This document shows, piece after piece, positions 55,930-64,000 of a DNA stretch of 64,000 bases. The position numbers and the translations under genes were made by a program. The notes beneath the pieces were generated by a model that was not told where the DNA came from, made no database searches, and was given only the letters and a program-made list of their open reading frames with translations. Numbering within the stretch: the first letter of the stretch is position 1; every line of letters begins with the position of its first letter. Source of the DNA: an uncultured Clostridia bacterium (GTDB taxonomy: Bacteria > Bacillota > Clostridia > Christensenellales > UBA1242); NCBI GenBank assembly GCA_934746715.1, contig CAKVFI010000003.1, positions 164,741-228,740 of the forward strand, written 5' to 3'.

Positions 55930-58215
55930 ATGACAAAAACTGCCACAAAACCAATTGACAAGCACAACAAAAAAGGCAAAAATATTGCGTTAAAAATTTT
56001 GTTGGTTTTTTCAATTTTAATTGTTTCAATCCTTTTGGCAGGCTTAACTTATTTCTCCATTCTTTACAATAAATATAATTTGAATATAGAAAAGTTAACC
56101 AGCGTAAATAATGGCATAAAAGTTTATTCAGCAAGCGGACAGGACAACAGTTTGTACAACTCAAATCGAACAATCGTTGAAATTGAAAAGTTGCCAGATT
56201 ATGTTGTAAACGCCTTTGTTAACATAGAAGATAAACGATTTTACAAGCATAATGGTTATGATTTAAAACGAATTGTTAAGGCTGGAATTGTAAATTTTTC
56301 GTCAAAATCAAAATCTCAAGGTGCCTCAACAATAAGTCAACAGTTGATTAAAAACGCATTGCTAACCAACGAAAAAACTTACGAACGCAAAATTAAGGAA
56401 ATAGTGCTTGCAATAAAAATGGAAAAAAAGTTTTCAAAACAACAGATTTTGGAGATGTATTTAAACACAATTTATTTTGGACAAAATGCGTATGGAATTG
56501 AAAACGCAAGTCAAATCTATTTTGGCAAATCCGCAAAAGATTTAACATTAAACGAAGCATGTTTTTTGGCGGGAATAATTAAATCTCCTGCAAAATACTC
56601 TCCAAAAAACAATTATGAACTGGCAAAAACAAGGCGTAATGTGGTTGCAAAAGCGATGCTTGAGCAAAAAAGCATAACAGAAGAACAATACAAGCAAGTT
56701 GTTGAAAGTGAAATTAAAACTACCACTACCCCAACTTTGGACGCAAGTTATGAGCGTGAAGCAATTTACGAAGCATGCAGTTTGTTAAATATCAGCGAAC
56801 GAGAGTTAATCAATAATGATTATCAAATAATAACAAACAAAGATGAAAATTTGCAAAAACATGTTGTTGAAATAAATCAAACAAACCTGCAAAATGCCAA
56901 AACTCAATTTAATTGCGAACTAGACAGCATATCAATATTGGCAGATAATTCTGGCAAAATTTTGGCATATTATGTGAACAGCAATTACAATTTGCACAAC
57001 ATGAAGCGTCAGCCAGCATCTCTTTTAAAACCTTTGGCTGTTTATTTGCCATGCTTTAAACAAAATATCTTGTCGCCTGCCACATTAATTTTAGACGAGC
57101 CCATCAATTACAATGGATTTTCACCCCAAAATGCAGGTGGAGATTATTATGGATATGTGCCAACAAAATACGCAATTGCAAATTCATTAAATATCCCAGC
57201 AGTTAAAGCCTTGGATTATGTTGGGCTTGAAAATGCTTGTTCAACTTTGGCTGATTTAGGCATAAATATTGCAAATGATGACATAAATTTGTCGCTAGCA
57301 CTTGGTGCAGTTAAAAATGGTGTTGAGTTGATTCAAATTTTAAATGCTTACTCCACCATTGCAAACTATGGCATGTTTAAACCATTGTCGTTCATCAATA
57401 AAATAATAGACAAAGATAACAAAACAATTTACTCATCATCTGATTTTTGCCAAAATGTGGCTGATGAACAATCATGCTTTTTATTAACTGATTGCTTAAA
57501 ACAAACTGGCAAAACTGGCACAGCAAAGCGTTTTAATGATTTAGGCTTTGATGTGGCATCTAAAACTGGCACAGCGTTTAATGGCGAGCATAACACAGAC
57601 ACTTACAATCTGGCTTTTACCACAAACCACACGCTTTTAACATGGATAGCAAATGTCAAAGACAATGCTTTAAATGACAATATTCACAGTTCAAATCAGC
57701 CAACAGAAATCAACAAACAGATTTTATCACAACTATACTTAAACAACAAACCAGCAACTTTTAGCGTGCCAGATGGTGTTGAATTGGCTGGCTATGATGT
57801 AACAGAATATGAAAAAAATCACATTATTGTTGCCCCAAATTCAAATTTGGATAGATTTGTTGCCTATGACTATTTTAAAACAGAAAACAAACCAGAGCCA
57901 AGGCAAATTGACCAACAAAATATGACTGTGGATTTGGATAAATATGGCAGTAAAATAACCTTTAATGTGTTAAAAAACATGCATTATGACTTGTTTAAAA
58001 GCACAACAAACAACCAAGTTAAATTGGCAACTATCAGCGAAAAAACAGACACAATAACAATCAATGATGCCGATATCTTTAAATTTGATGAAATAACTTA
58101 CATTTTAAAATGCAACAATCAAATTGTTTCAACTGTAAAGATTATGCCAAAAAAATACTTGCTAAATTTGCTGGAAAGTCAAATGTTAAATGGCAAATCG
58201 CGCTGGTTTGTTTAA
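55930..58215 (+). CDS. class A penicillin-binding protein (glycosyltransferase plus transpeptidase)
   Basis: GT51 motifs EDKRFYKHNGYD, GASTISQQL, RKIKE. Transpeptidase motifs SLLK, SLN, KTGT. N-terminal TM anchor. Confidence 0.92.
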   Translation: MTKTATKPIDKHNKKGKNIALKILLVFSILIVSILLAGLTYFSILYNKYNLNIEKLTSVNNGIKVYSASGQDNSLYNSNRTIVEIEKLPDYVVNAFVNIEDKRFYKHNGYDLKRIVKAGIVNFSSKSKSQGASTISQQLIKNALLTNEKTYERKIKEIVLAIKMEKKFSKQQILEMYLNTIYFGQNAYGIENASQIYFGKSAKDLTLNEACFLAGIIKSPAKYSPKNNYELAKTRRNVVAKAMLEQKSITEEQYKQVVESEIKTTTTPTLDASYEREAIYEACSLLNISERELINNDYQIITNKDENLQKHVVEINQTNLQNAKTQFNCELDSISILADNSGKILAYYVNSNYNLHNMKRQPASLLKPLAVYLPCFKQNILSPATLILDEPINYNGFSPQNAGGDYYGYVPTKYAIANSLNIPAVKALDYVGLENACSTLADLGINIANDDINLSLALGAVKNGVELIQILNAYSTIANYGMFKPLSFINKIIDKDNKTIYSSSDFCQNVADEQSCFLLTDCLKQTGKTGTAKRFNDLGFDVASKTGTAFNGEHNTDTYNLAFTTNHTLLTWIANVKDNALNDNIHSSNQPTEINKQILSQLYLNNKPATFSVPDGVELAGYDVTEYEKNHIIVAPNSNLDRFVAYDYFKTENKPEPRQIDQQNMTVDLDKYGSKITFNVLKNMHYDLFKSTTNNQVKLATISEKTDTITINDADIFKFDEITYILKCNNQIVSTVKIMPKKYLLNLLESQMLNGKSRWFV

Positions 58216-58892
58216 ATGCTCGGTTTGTTGATAAGTTTTAAAATTGTTTGTTGGTAGTTTTCATCTTTTTTTGAAAACAGCAATTTTATGGTCAAAAATG
58301 CTTGCTTTGGCTCAAAACTGATTGACTCAACAAGATTTTTGCTGTTTAACTTGAAAATTGTGTTTGGGCAAAAACTTTCAAACAATTTTTTGGTTAATTC
58401 GTAATGAGTGCACCCTAATGTTATGCTTTTATATTGACTTAAATTGTGCAATTTAACTTTGTTTTTTATGATTTGCTTCATTTTGTTTTTATCGTCAATA
58501 TATTTCTCAATTAAGTTAGCCAAATTTTTGTCAGCAATCACATGAAAACCTGCCAACTGCTTTGATGTTAAGTTTGTTGCCAAAATTGGGTTGGATTTGT
58601 TAAATTCAATGGTTAAAACATTGTTATATTTTGCTTTGTCTATTACACTTGACGCTGTGTTGCAAGCAACAATTATATAGTCCGGCTGATAATTTTTGTT
58701 TAAAGATTCTATTATCTCTTCAACTCTAGTTTTAACAAATTTTGCACTTTTGTTGCCATAAGGCATAAACAGATTGTCGGCAAAATAGATATAATTGCCA
58801 GTTTTAAATTTTAACAACAATTGATTTAATACACTAATTCCCCCAATTCCGCTATCAATAACAGCAATCGTTGGCTTTAATTTGTTTAACAT
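58212..58892 (-). CDS. murI: glutamate racemase
   Basis: VIDSGIGGISV, VACNTAS and LGCTHY carry the two catalytic Cys. 226 aa, shorter than usual. Confidence 0.88.
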   Translation of the reverse strand: MLNKLKPTIAVIDSGIGGISVLNQLLLKFKTGNYIYFADNLFMPYGNKSAKFVKTRVEEIIESLNKNYQPDYIIVACNTASSVIDKAKYNNVLTIEFNKSNPILATNLTSKQLAGFHVIADKNLANLIEKYIDDKNKMKQIIKNKVKLHNLSQYKSITLGCTHYELTKKLFESFCPNTIFKLNSKNLVESISFEPKQAFLTIKLLFSKKDENYQQTILKLINKPSI

Positions 58893-59013
58893 AATATTAG
58901 TTACGCTGATTAATAAATAATTGTGATTTTTGCCAAAATCTTTTCAAAATTCCAATGATTTTGTTTGTTAGAGCACATTTTTAAGTTAATATGCAAAATT
59001 TTGCAAAAACTAC

Positions 59014-59042
59014 TTGCCAAAACTTTGTCAATTTGATATACT
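59014..59042 (+). promoter_or_regulatory. rpsT promoter
   Basis: TTGCCA (59014-59019), 17 nt spacer, TATACT (59037-59042). Confidence 0.7.
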
Positions 59043-59064
59043 AAACAAGAATTGGAGGTTTTAA

Positions 59065-59322
59065 ATGGCTAATATTAAATCAGCAAAGAAACGCATTGAT
59101 GTTATCAACAGACAAACTGAAGAAAACAAATCATATAGATCAAAAATTGCAACTTATGTTAAAAAATACAAGGTTGCTGTTGACAATAAGGACGAAAATG
59201 CAAGCAAAATTTTAAGTGAAACATTTTCTTTGATTGACTCTGCTGTTTCTAAAGGCATTTTGCAAAAAGCAACTGCAAACAGAAAAAAAGCAAGATTAAG
59301 CGCTTACAAAACCCAAGCGTAG
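59065..59322 (+). CDS. rpsT: 30S ribosomal protein S20
   Basis: MANIKSAKKRI...ATANRKKARL. SD GGAGG. Confidence 0.95.
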   Translation: MANIKSAKKRIDVINRQTEENKSYRSKIATYVKKYKVAVDNKDENASKILSETFSLIDSAVSKGILQKATANRKKARLSAYKTQA

Positions 59323-59333
59323 TTTATTAAAAA

Positions 59334-59359
59334 AGTGAGATTATTTCTCACTTTTTTTT
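59334..59359 (+). terminator. terminator after rpsT
   Basis: GTGAGA-ttatt-TCTCAC followed by T8. Confidence 0.85.
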
Positions 59360-59419
59360 GTTGCCTTAACACACTTTTTGTTTAGCAAAAATACGCCATA
59401 TTTAAAACAAAATTGTATT

Positions 59420-60079
59420 TTACAAATAGTTTATTACACCCTTATTTTCTTTGAGCCATTGTTCTGCAAGTTTGTAATTTGGCATACAATTTTTAACTAA
59501 TTGGTAAAATTTTGCACTATGATTTTTAATTTTTGTGTGCGACAATTCGTGTATTATAATATAATCTACCACAAAATATGGTGTAAACATCAATTTGTAA
59601 GTAAAATTCAAATCGTTCCTGCCACTGCAAGACCCCCACACAGTTTTTGCGCTTCCAACCTTTATGTTGCCATATTTAAAATTAAATTTAAAACTTAATT
59701 GCGGAACTCTTTCTTGCAAATAGTTTAAAGCAATTTTTTTAATTAAGTTAATCAGGTGTTTTTTGCTGTTTAAACTTGGCAAAACAATATTGTCATCAAC
59801 AATTTTTGTTTTAATATTTGGCTTTAAATTGATTGTGTAATTTTTTTCCAAAATGGTTAAAACTGCCCTATCTTCAACTTTAAATGGTGCGTATTTTAGT
59901 TTGCCGGCTTCAACTTCTTTAAGATGTTTAACAATCCATTTAGATTTTTCTTTTATAAAGGCGTCTAGTTTTGCCTTATCGTAATTGTATGGCACACGAG
60001 CAACAAGTTCTGCATCGTTGTTGATTGAAAGTGAAATTGTGCGCCTTTTGCTTTTGATGATTTTTAATTTAACCTGCAT
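59420..60079 (-). CDS. YgjP-like (DUF45) metal-dependent hydrolase / M48-family
   Basis: C-terminal HELSH (HExxH) in YIIIHELSHTKIKNHSAKF. WGSCS motif. Confidence 0.8.
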   Translation of the reverse strand: MQVKLKIIKSKRRTISLSINNDAELVARVPYNYDKAKLDAFIKEKSKWIVKHLKEVEAGKLKYAPFKVEDRAVLTILEKNYTINLKPNIKTKIVDDNIVLPSLNSKKHLINLIKKIALNYLQERVPQLSFKFNFKYGNIKVGSAKTVWGSCSGRNDLNFTYKLMFTPYFVVDYIIIHELSHTKIKNHSAKFYQLVKNCMPNYKLAEQWLKENKGVINYL

Positions 60080-60081
60080 TT

Positions 60082-60990
60082 TTAAAATACCAATTCATAC
60101 AAGGCATTTTCAGCACTGATTTTGCCAGATTTGATTTTGTAATCTAAATCAACATATTTTTGATAAAGGGAAATATAAAACTTTGTTCCATTTTTTGCAA
60201 TGTTTTGCCTAGACATTTTTATGGCATATGGTTTTATTGCCAAAATGCTTGATAGTTTTGCGTCGTCTTTGTTTAAAGCGATGTATTGCATACGCTTAAA
60301 ATATTTGCCCAAAAAAGCAAAAATATCGCCGGCTGTTTGTGATTTTGACATTGTGTTTAATATTTTTTGATAGTCAGTGTATGATTTTGTGTCGATTGCA
60401 TTTGTAAGCATGTAACTAACATATTCACTGCTGTTGGCAATCAAATTTGTTGCAACATTTATGCTAACAACTGTTTGTCCTTGCAAATAACTTACAATTT
60501 TTAGCAATTCATTGTTTATTTTGGACATATTGCCACCAGTTGCATCAATAATGTAATCCAAAGCCTGCTCTTCAATTGTCATTTGGCGTTTGGTTAAAAA
60601 GTTGATTATATATTTGCAGATATCCGTCCTATCCAATTTTGTGCAATCAACTTGCTCGCCTGCATTTAATTTTGCATTTTTAACAACAACCACTTGAAAA
60701 TCTTCAAACTGATATTTTTGCAAATATAAACAAACTTCATTTGAGGGAGCATCTATAACAATCATTCTATAATCGTTGCCGATTGGCAAAGTTTCAAGTT
60801 GTGCCGCAAATTCACTTTTGGTTATTGCCGTGCCATCAAGTTTGGCAAAATTAAATTCTTCAAGGTCATTTATAGTTGCAGCTTTAATCAAATTAACGGC
60901 AGAATTAAGCAAAAAAACATCATCACCTGTTAAAACATATAGGTGCTTGATTTCATTTTTAAGTGATTTGTTAAGTTCAATAAATTTCAT
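60082..60990 (-). CDS. holA: DNA polymerase III delta subunit
   Basis: Conserved comEC-holA / rpsT neighbourhood. LYVLTGDDVFLL N-terminus. I take the start at ATG 60990, not the track start at 61068. Confidence 0.82.
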   Translation of the reverse strand: MKFIELNKSLKNEIKHLYVLTGDDVFLLNSAVNLIKAATINDLEEFNFAKLDGTAITKSEFAAQLETLPIGNDYRMIVIDAPSNEVCLYLQKYQFEDFQVVVVKNAKLNAGEQVDCTKLDRTDICKYIINFLTKRQMTIEEQALDYIIDATGGNMSKINNELLKIVSYLQGQTVVSINVATNLIANSSEYVSYMLTNAIDTKSYTDYQKILNTMSKSQTAGDIFAFLGKYFKRMQYIALNKDDAKLSSILAIKPYAIKMSRQNIAKNGTKFYISLYQKYVDLDYKIKSGKISAENALYELVF

Positions 60991-60997
60991 AAAATCA

Positions 60998-62542
60998 TTA
61001 TAGCATAATTGCAAACAAAATTGCAACAACTGGAAGAATAACTGCCATTTTATGTTCTGGTTTTGCAACAGTGATTCTTGACATCAACATAAGCAAAATA
61101 AAGTATACAACAATAGTTATGTATGGCACACTGATTGTGCTGAAATTGGCAAAAGGCAACGACCCCAACACTTGTGCCACAAGCCTGATAAAATCAAATA
61201 AGTAATTAGCTGGCAACAAAACATGCCCTATTATTGGGCAAATAATGCCAGCAAAACCAACCACAAAACAAACAATAAATCCAATTGTAAAAAGCGGAAT
61301 TAAAATAACATTTGCCAACAGTGAAATTATGTTTAAAGTCCTGTAACTATACGCCAAAATTATCAAGATGCTAATCATTGTTGATGCACTTATTGAAAAA
61401 CTGCTTGCAAGAGTGCCTGGCATTCTTGTTTTTAACAATGCTTTGCTTATTGTTGAATTAAAAAATGTAATCCCAACCACACAAGAAAAACTCATGATTG
61501 CGCCAATATCAAACACAAACAAAGGCTCAAACAAAAAGCATATAATACCCGCCAAACCAATTGCAGAAAGTGAATCATATTTGCGCATAACTATTGGAGC
61601 AATTAACACTACAATTGACATTATTGCCGCCCTAACAATTGATGATGAAAAATCACACAAATACATGTAAAACAACAAAATCATTGCAACAAGTGCAACT
61701 TTATACCACTTTTTGATATGCAACAATTTGCAAACAAAATTTAATATTGCCACAATTATGCCAACATGCAAGCCAGAAACAGCAAGCAAATGTGCAACAC
61801 CAGAAAGTTGAAATGCTTCCTTGCTGTTTTGCTGAAGTGAAGTTTTGTCGCCAAACAATGCAGAATAAGTTAGTTCCGCATTTTCATTGCTTAACCCTTT
61901 ATATAAAACTTTTTTAACCTGCGCTCTAACCTTTTCTGCCAAAGTTGATTTTGTGTTGCCAAATTCAATGTTATTAATCTTAACAAAAGCCTTATATTTA
62001 ACATCTTTTTTATAATAGTAAGATGAAGGAGTGTCGTATTCAAACAAATTGGTTGTTGTTATTTTTTCTGGAGAAAATTTGATTTCTTTGCCAATTTCAA
62101 CACCATTAAAAATTTGGGAATAATCGTAAATACTGATTGAAATAACCCCTTTTGTTTTTATTCCGTCAAAATAAAGACTATCGGCATAAACAGTTTTAAA
62201 TGTTCCATGGTCTTCAATTGTTTTTATTCGTGCAGAAATTGAGTATGGTGCAACAAATTGTTTGTTAACAAAAGTTGACACACTCAAGCAAAAAACGCCA
62301 ATACCAATTGCAAGTGAAATTAATGGAATCAACAACAATTTTAGGCTTTTATTCCTTATTGCAAAAAACAAAATTAAAGCAACGCCAAACAGCAAAACAA
62401 TCAAACTTAAAATGCAATTAAGATTGTTGTTAACCAAATTAGTTTTGTCGTAAAAGCAATAAAAGGCAAAAACACTGCCTAGCATTAAAAACACAAAAAC
62501 TAGGCATAAAGGTCTATAATTAAACCAGCGTTCTTTCTTCAT
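60998..62542 (-). CDS. comEC: ComEC/Rec2-family DNA internalisation channel, no metallo-beta-lactamase domain
   Basis: DUF4131-like N-terminus plus the competence TM domain (SGVAHLLAVSGLHVGI). The protein ends within the TM region. Confidence 0.82.
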   Translation of the reverse strand: MKKERWFNYRPLCLVFVFLMLGSVFAFYCFYDKTNLVNNNLNCILSLIVLLFGVALILFFAIRNKSLKLLLIPLISLAIGIGVFCLSVSTFVNKQFVAPYSISARIKTIEDHGTFKTVYADSLYFDGIKTKGVISISIYDYSQIFNGVEIGKEIKFSPEKITTTNLFEYDTPSSYYYKKDVKYKAFVKINNIEFGNTKSTLAEKVRAQVKKVLYKGLSNENAELTYSALFGDKTSLQQNSKEAFQLSGVAHLLAVSGLHVGIIVAILNFVCKLLHIKKWYKVALVAMILLFYMYLCDFSSSIVRAAIMSIVVLIAPIVMRKYDSLSAIGLAGIICFLFEPLFVFDIGAIMSFSCVVGITFFNSTISKALLKTRMPGTLASSFSISASTMISILIILAYSYRTLNIISLLANVILIPLFTIGFIVCFVVGFAGIICPIIGHVLLPANYLFDFIRLVAQVLGSLPFANFSTISVPYITIVVYFILLMLMSRITVAKPEHKMAVILPVVAILFAIML

Positions 62543-62609
62543 CTGCAATCTATTAGTTTTATTTTTGTAAATATCCCAAAATAAAAACAATACTTTTTGT
62601 TTTAAATGG

Positions 62610-62638
62610 TTGAAAATATCAAAATTTTATGTTATCAT
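62610..62638 (+). promoter_or_regulatory. tRNA-Glu promoter
   Basis: TTGAAA (62610-62615), 17 nt spacer, TATCAT (62633-62638). Confidence 0.7.
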
Positions 62639-62657
62639 ATAACAGCATAAATCATAT

Positions 62658-62732
62658 GGCCTTATAGTCTAGCGGTTAGGACACGGCCCTCTCAAGGCTG
62701 GGACACGGGTTCGATTCCCGTTAAGGCTACCA
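62658..62732 (+). tRNA. tRNA-Glu (CTC)
   Basis: GGCCTTA...TAAGGCT-A-CCA acceptor. Anticodon loop CTCTCAA. T-loop TTCGATT. Confidence 0.9.
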
Positions 62733-62935
62733 AGAAAATGCTGCGTAAGCAGTGTTTTTTATTTGGTAGACTTATAAGGGAACAATAATTCCATTATTAT
62801 TCTTCGATTAGGCTACCAAGAAAATGCTGCGTAAGCAGTGTTTTTTTATTTGGTAGACTTACAAGGGAACAATAATTCCTATTATTATTCCTCGACTAGG
62901 CTACCAAGAAAATGCTGCGTGAGCAGTGTTTTTTA
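62725..62935 (+). repeat. 2.4 tandem copies (periods 86 and 88 bp) of [tRNA-Glu 3' end GGCTACCA plus terminator hairpin plus spacer]
   Basis: GGCTACCAAGAAAATGCTGCGT(A/G)AGCAGTGTTTTTT starts at 62725, 62811 and 62899. The spacers are also near-identical. Confidence 0.9.
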
Positions 62936-62938
62936 ATG

Positions 62939-62966
62939 TCAAAAAGCACACTGCTTACGTGTGCTT
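62939..62966 (-). terminator. terminator after proS
   Basis: Hairpin AAGCACAC-tgcttac-GTGTGCTT with a T-run on the minus strand. Its core CACTGCTTACG is an inverted copy of the repeat hairpin. Confidence 0.75.
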
Positions 62967-62974
62967 AAAATGAA

Positions 62975-64000
62975 TTATTTTAAATTTTTAATGCAATAAT
63001 CAACAAATTCATCAATCTTAATTTCAGTTTTTTCACCAGTTTTGTTGTTTTCAAGTTCCAACAAACCATTGTCAACTGATTTGCCACAAACAACAACAAA
63101 AGGTGTGCCAGTTATTTTGGAATCCTTGATTTTTGCACCAATTGAAAGGTCTAATCTATCATCAATTAAAACATCAACTCCATTTTCAATGAGAGTATCA
63201 TGCAATTTGTTTGCAAGTGCTAATTTTGCACTGTCATCTGTTTTTGGAACAATATACAATTTGTAAGGTGCAACATTGAGTGGAAGAGCCACGCCTTCAA
63301 CTTTGCCATTGTTAACGATTGCATTTGCTTCATAAAGCATTGCCAAAGTTCTGCTTACGCCAATGCCATAGCAGCCCATAACATAGTTGCTTACACCATT
63401 GTCTTTGTTAACAAATGTGCCGTTCATAGATTTTGAATACTTGTCGCCAAGTTGGAAAATATGCCCCAATTCAACTGCCCTTTTTGTGGTCAAAGTATCT
63501 GTATCTTTAACGCCATAAACATCAAGCAAATATTGTTTGTGGTCTGGCCTTTCCAACAACTCTTGGTTGAATGCTTGCCCTGTTACAGTGTCAAACAAAA
63601 TAGTGTCTTCACCAATTTCGGAAAGGCACATAAATTCTTCCGATTTGCTACCGCCAATTGCGCCACTATCAGCACCCACTGGTTGAACATTAAGCCCAAG
63701 TTGATTAAATATTTCAATATATGCTTTTTTCATATTGTCATATTCAATATCCAAATCGCTTTTATCTCTGCCAAAACTATAAGCATCCATCATATCGAAC
63801 GCTTTTCCGCGCAACAAATAACCACGAGTGCGGATCTCGTTTCTAAATTTAGGTCCAATTTGGAAATATGTAACAGGCAATTGTTTGTAAGATGTCAAAC
63901 GGGATTTTGCATAAGCAACAACTGCTTCTTCTGCGGTTGGAGCAAGGCAAAAATTGCCATTTTTGTTTAATGACCTAAACATAACTCCATCATCAACGTA
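62975..64000 (-). CDS. proS: prolyl-tRNA synthetase, C-terminal part (5' end outside window)
   Basis: FQIGPKFRNEIRTRGYLLRGKAFDMMDAYSF, GCYGIGVSR and an anticodon-binding C-terminus. The frame stays open to the window edge. Confidence 0.93.
   Translation of the reverse strand, partial: YVDDGVMFRSLNKNGNFCLAPTAEEAVVAYAKSRLTSYKQLPVTYFQIGPKFRNEIRTRGYLLRGKAFDMMDAYSFGRDKSDLDIEYDNMKKAYIEIFNQLGLNVQPVGADSGAIGGSKSEEFMCLSEIGEDTILFDTVTGQAFNQELLERPDHKQYLLDVYGVKDTDTLTTKRAVELGHIFQLGDKYSKSMNGTFVNKDNGVSNYVMGCYGIGVSRTLAMLYEANAIVNNGKVEGVALPLNVAPYKLYIVPKTDDSAKLALANKLHDTLIENGVDVLIDDRLDLSIGAKIKDSKITGTPFVVVCGKSVDNGLLELENNKTGEKTEIKIDEFVDYCIKNLK

Noticed and set aside
62725-62935. Possible CRISPR array (about 35-nt repeats separated by about 50-nt spacers) downstream of tRNA-Glu
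   Set aside because: The spacers are themselves near-identical between units. The repeat starts with the tRNA 3' end and is a terminator hairpin. There are only 2.4 units and no cas genes. This is a tandem duplication, not a CRISPR array.

Overview
This is an AT-rich chromosomal segment (by eye about one third G+C) from an endospore-forming Firmicute with Clostridia-like gene order. It is almost entirely core housekeeping. The plus strand carries yebC-ruvC-ruvAB-queA-tgt-yajC-secDF-recJ, scpAB, ytfI/ytfJ-like genes, dacB, rluB, plsC, a 6-tRNA cluster, spoIIAA-spoIIAB-sigF, spoVAC-AD-AE, yunB, cysteine desulfurase-thiI, rny and rnhA. Next come a minus-strand PadR-ABC module, lexA and a 350-aa tyrosine recombinase, then T-box-serS. 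The minus strand then carries miaB-mutS-mutL-miaA and a ynbB-like gene, followed by PBP1A, murI, rpsT, holA, comEC and proS. There are 9 tRNAs. I saw no rRNA, CRISPR array, prophage, IS element or recognisable defence island. The points most worth a second look are: (1) a 0.95-kb coding-free gap between convergent genes (47.0-47.9 kb). It holds a perfect 15-6-15 palindrome with half-site copies bracketing serS, three near-consensus DnaA boxes and an orphan terminator. It lies 2.3 kb from the recombinase, at a place where gene orientation flips, so it may be a terminus or dif-like zone; this is inference. (2) At nine or more operon heads, a -35/17 nt/-10 promoter sits 6-11 nt from an ATG with no Shine-Dalgarno, which suggests widespread leaderless mRNAs and corrects several ORF-track starts. 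(3) Two enzyme homologues have lost their catalytic residues: an M50 site-2 protease lacking both His and the Asp ligands, and a cardiolipin-synthase-like protein with both HxK motifs changed to RxN. (4) A small GC-rich repeat family occurs upstream of secD and inside the tRNA-Thr leader, and partial tRNA duplications flank both solitary tRNA genes (Thr, Glu). All functional calls rest on motif recognition by eye; no database search was run.
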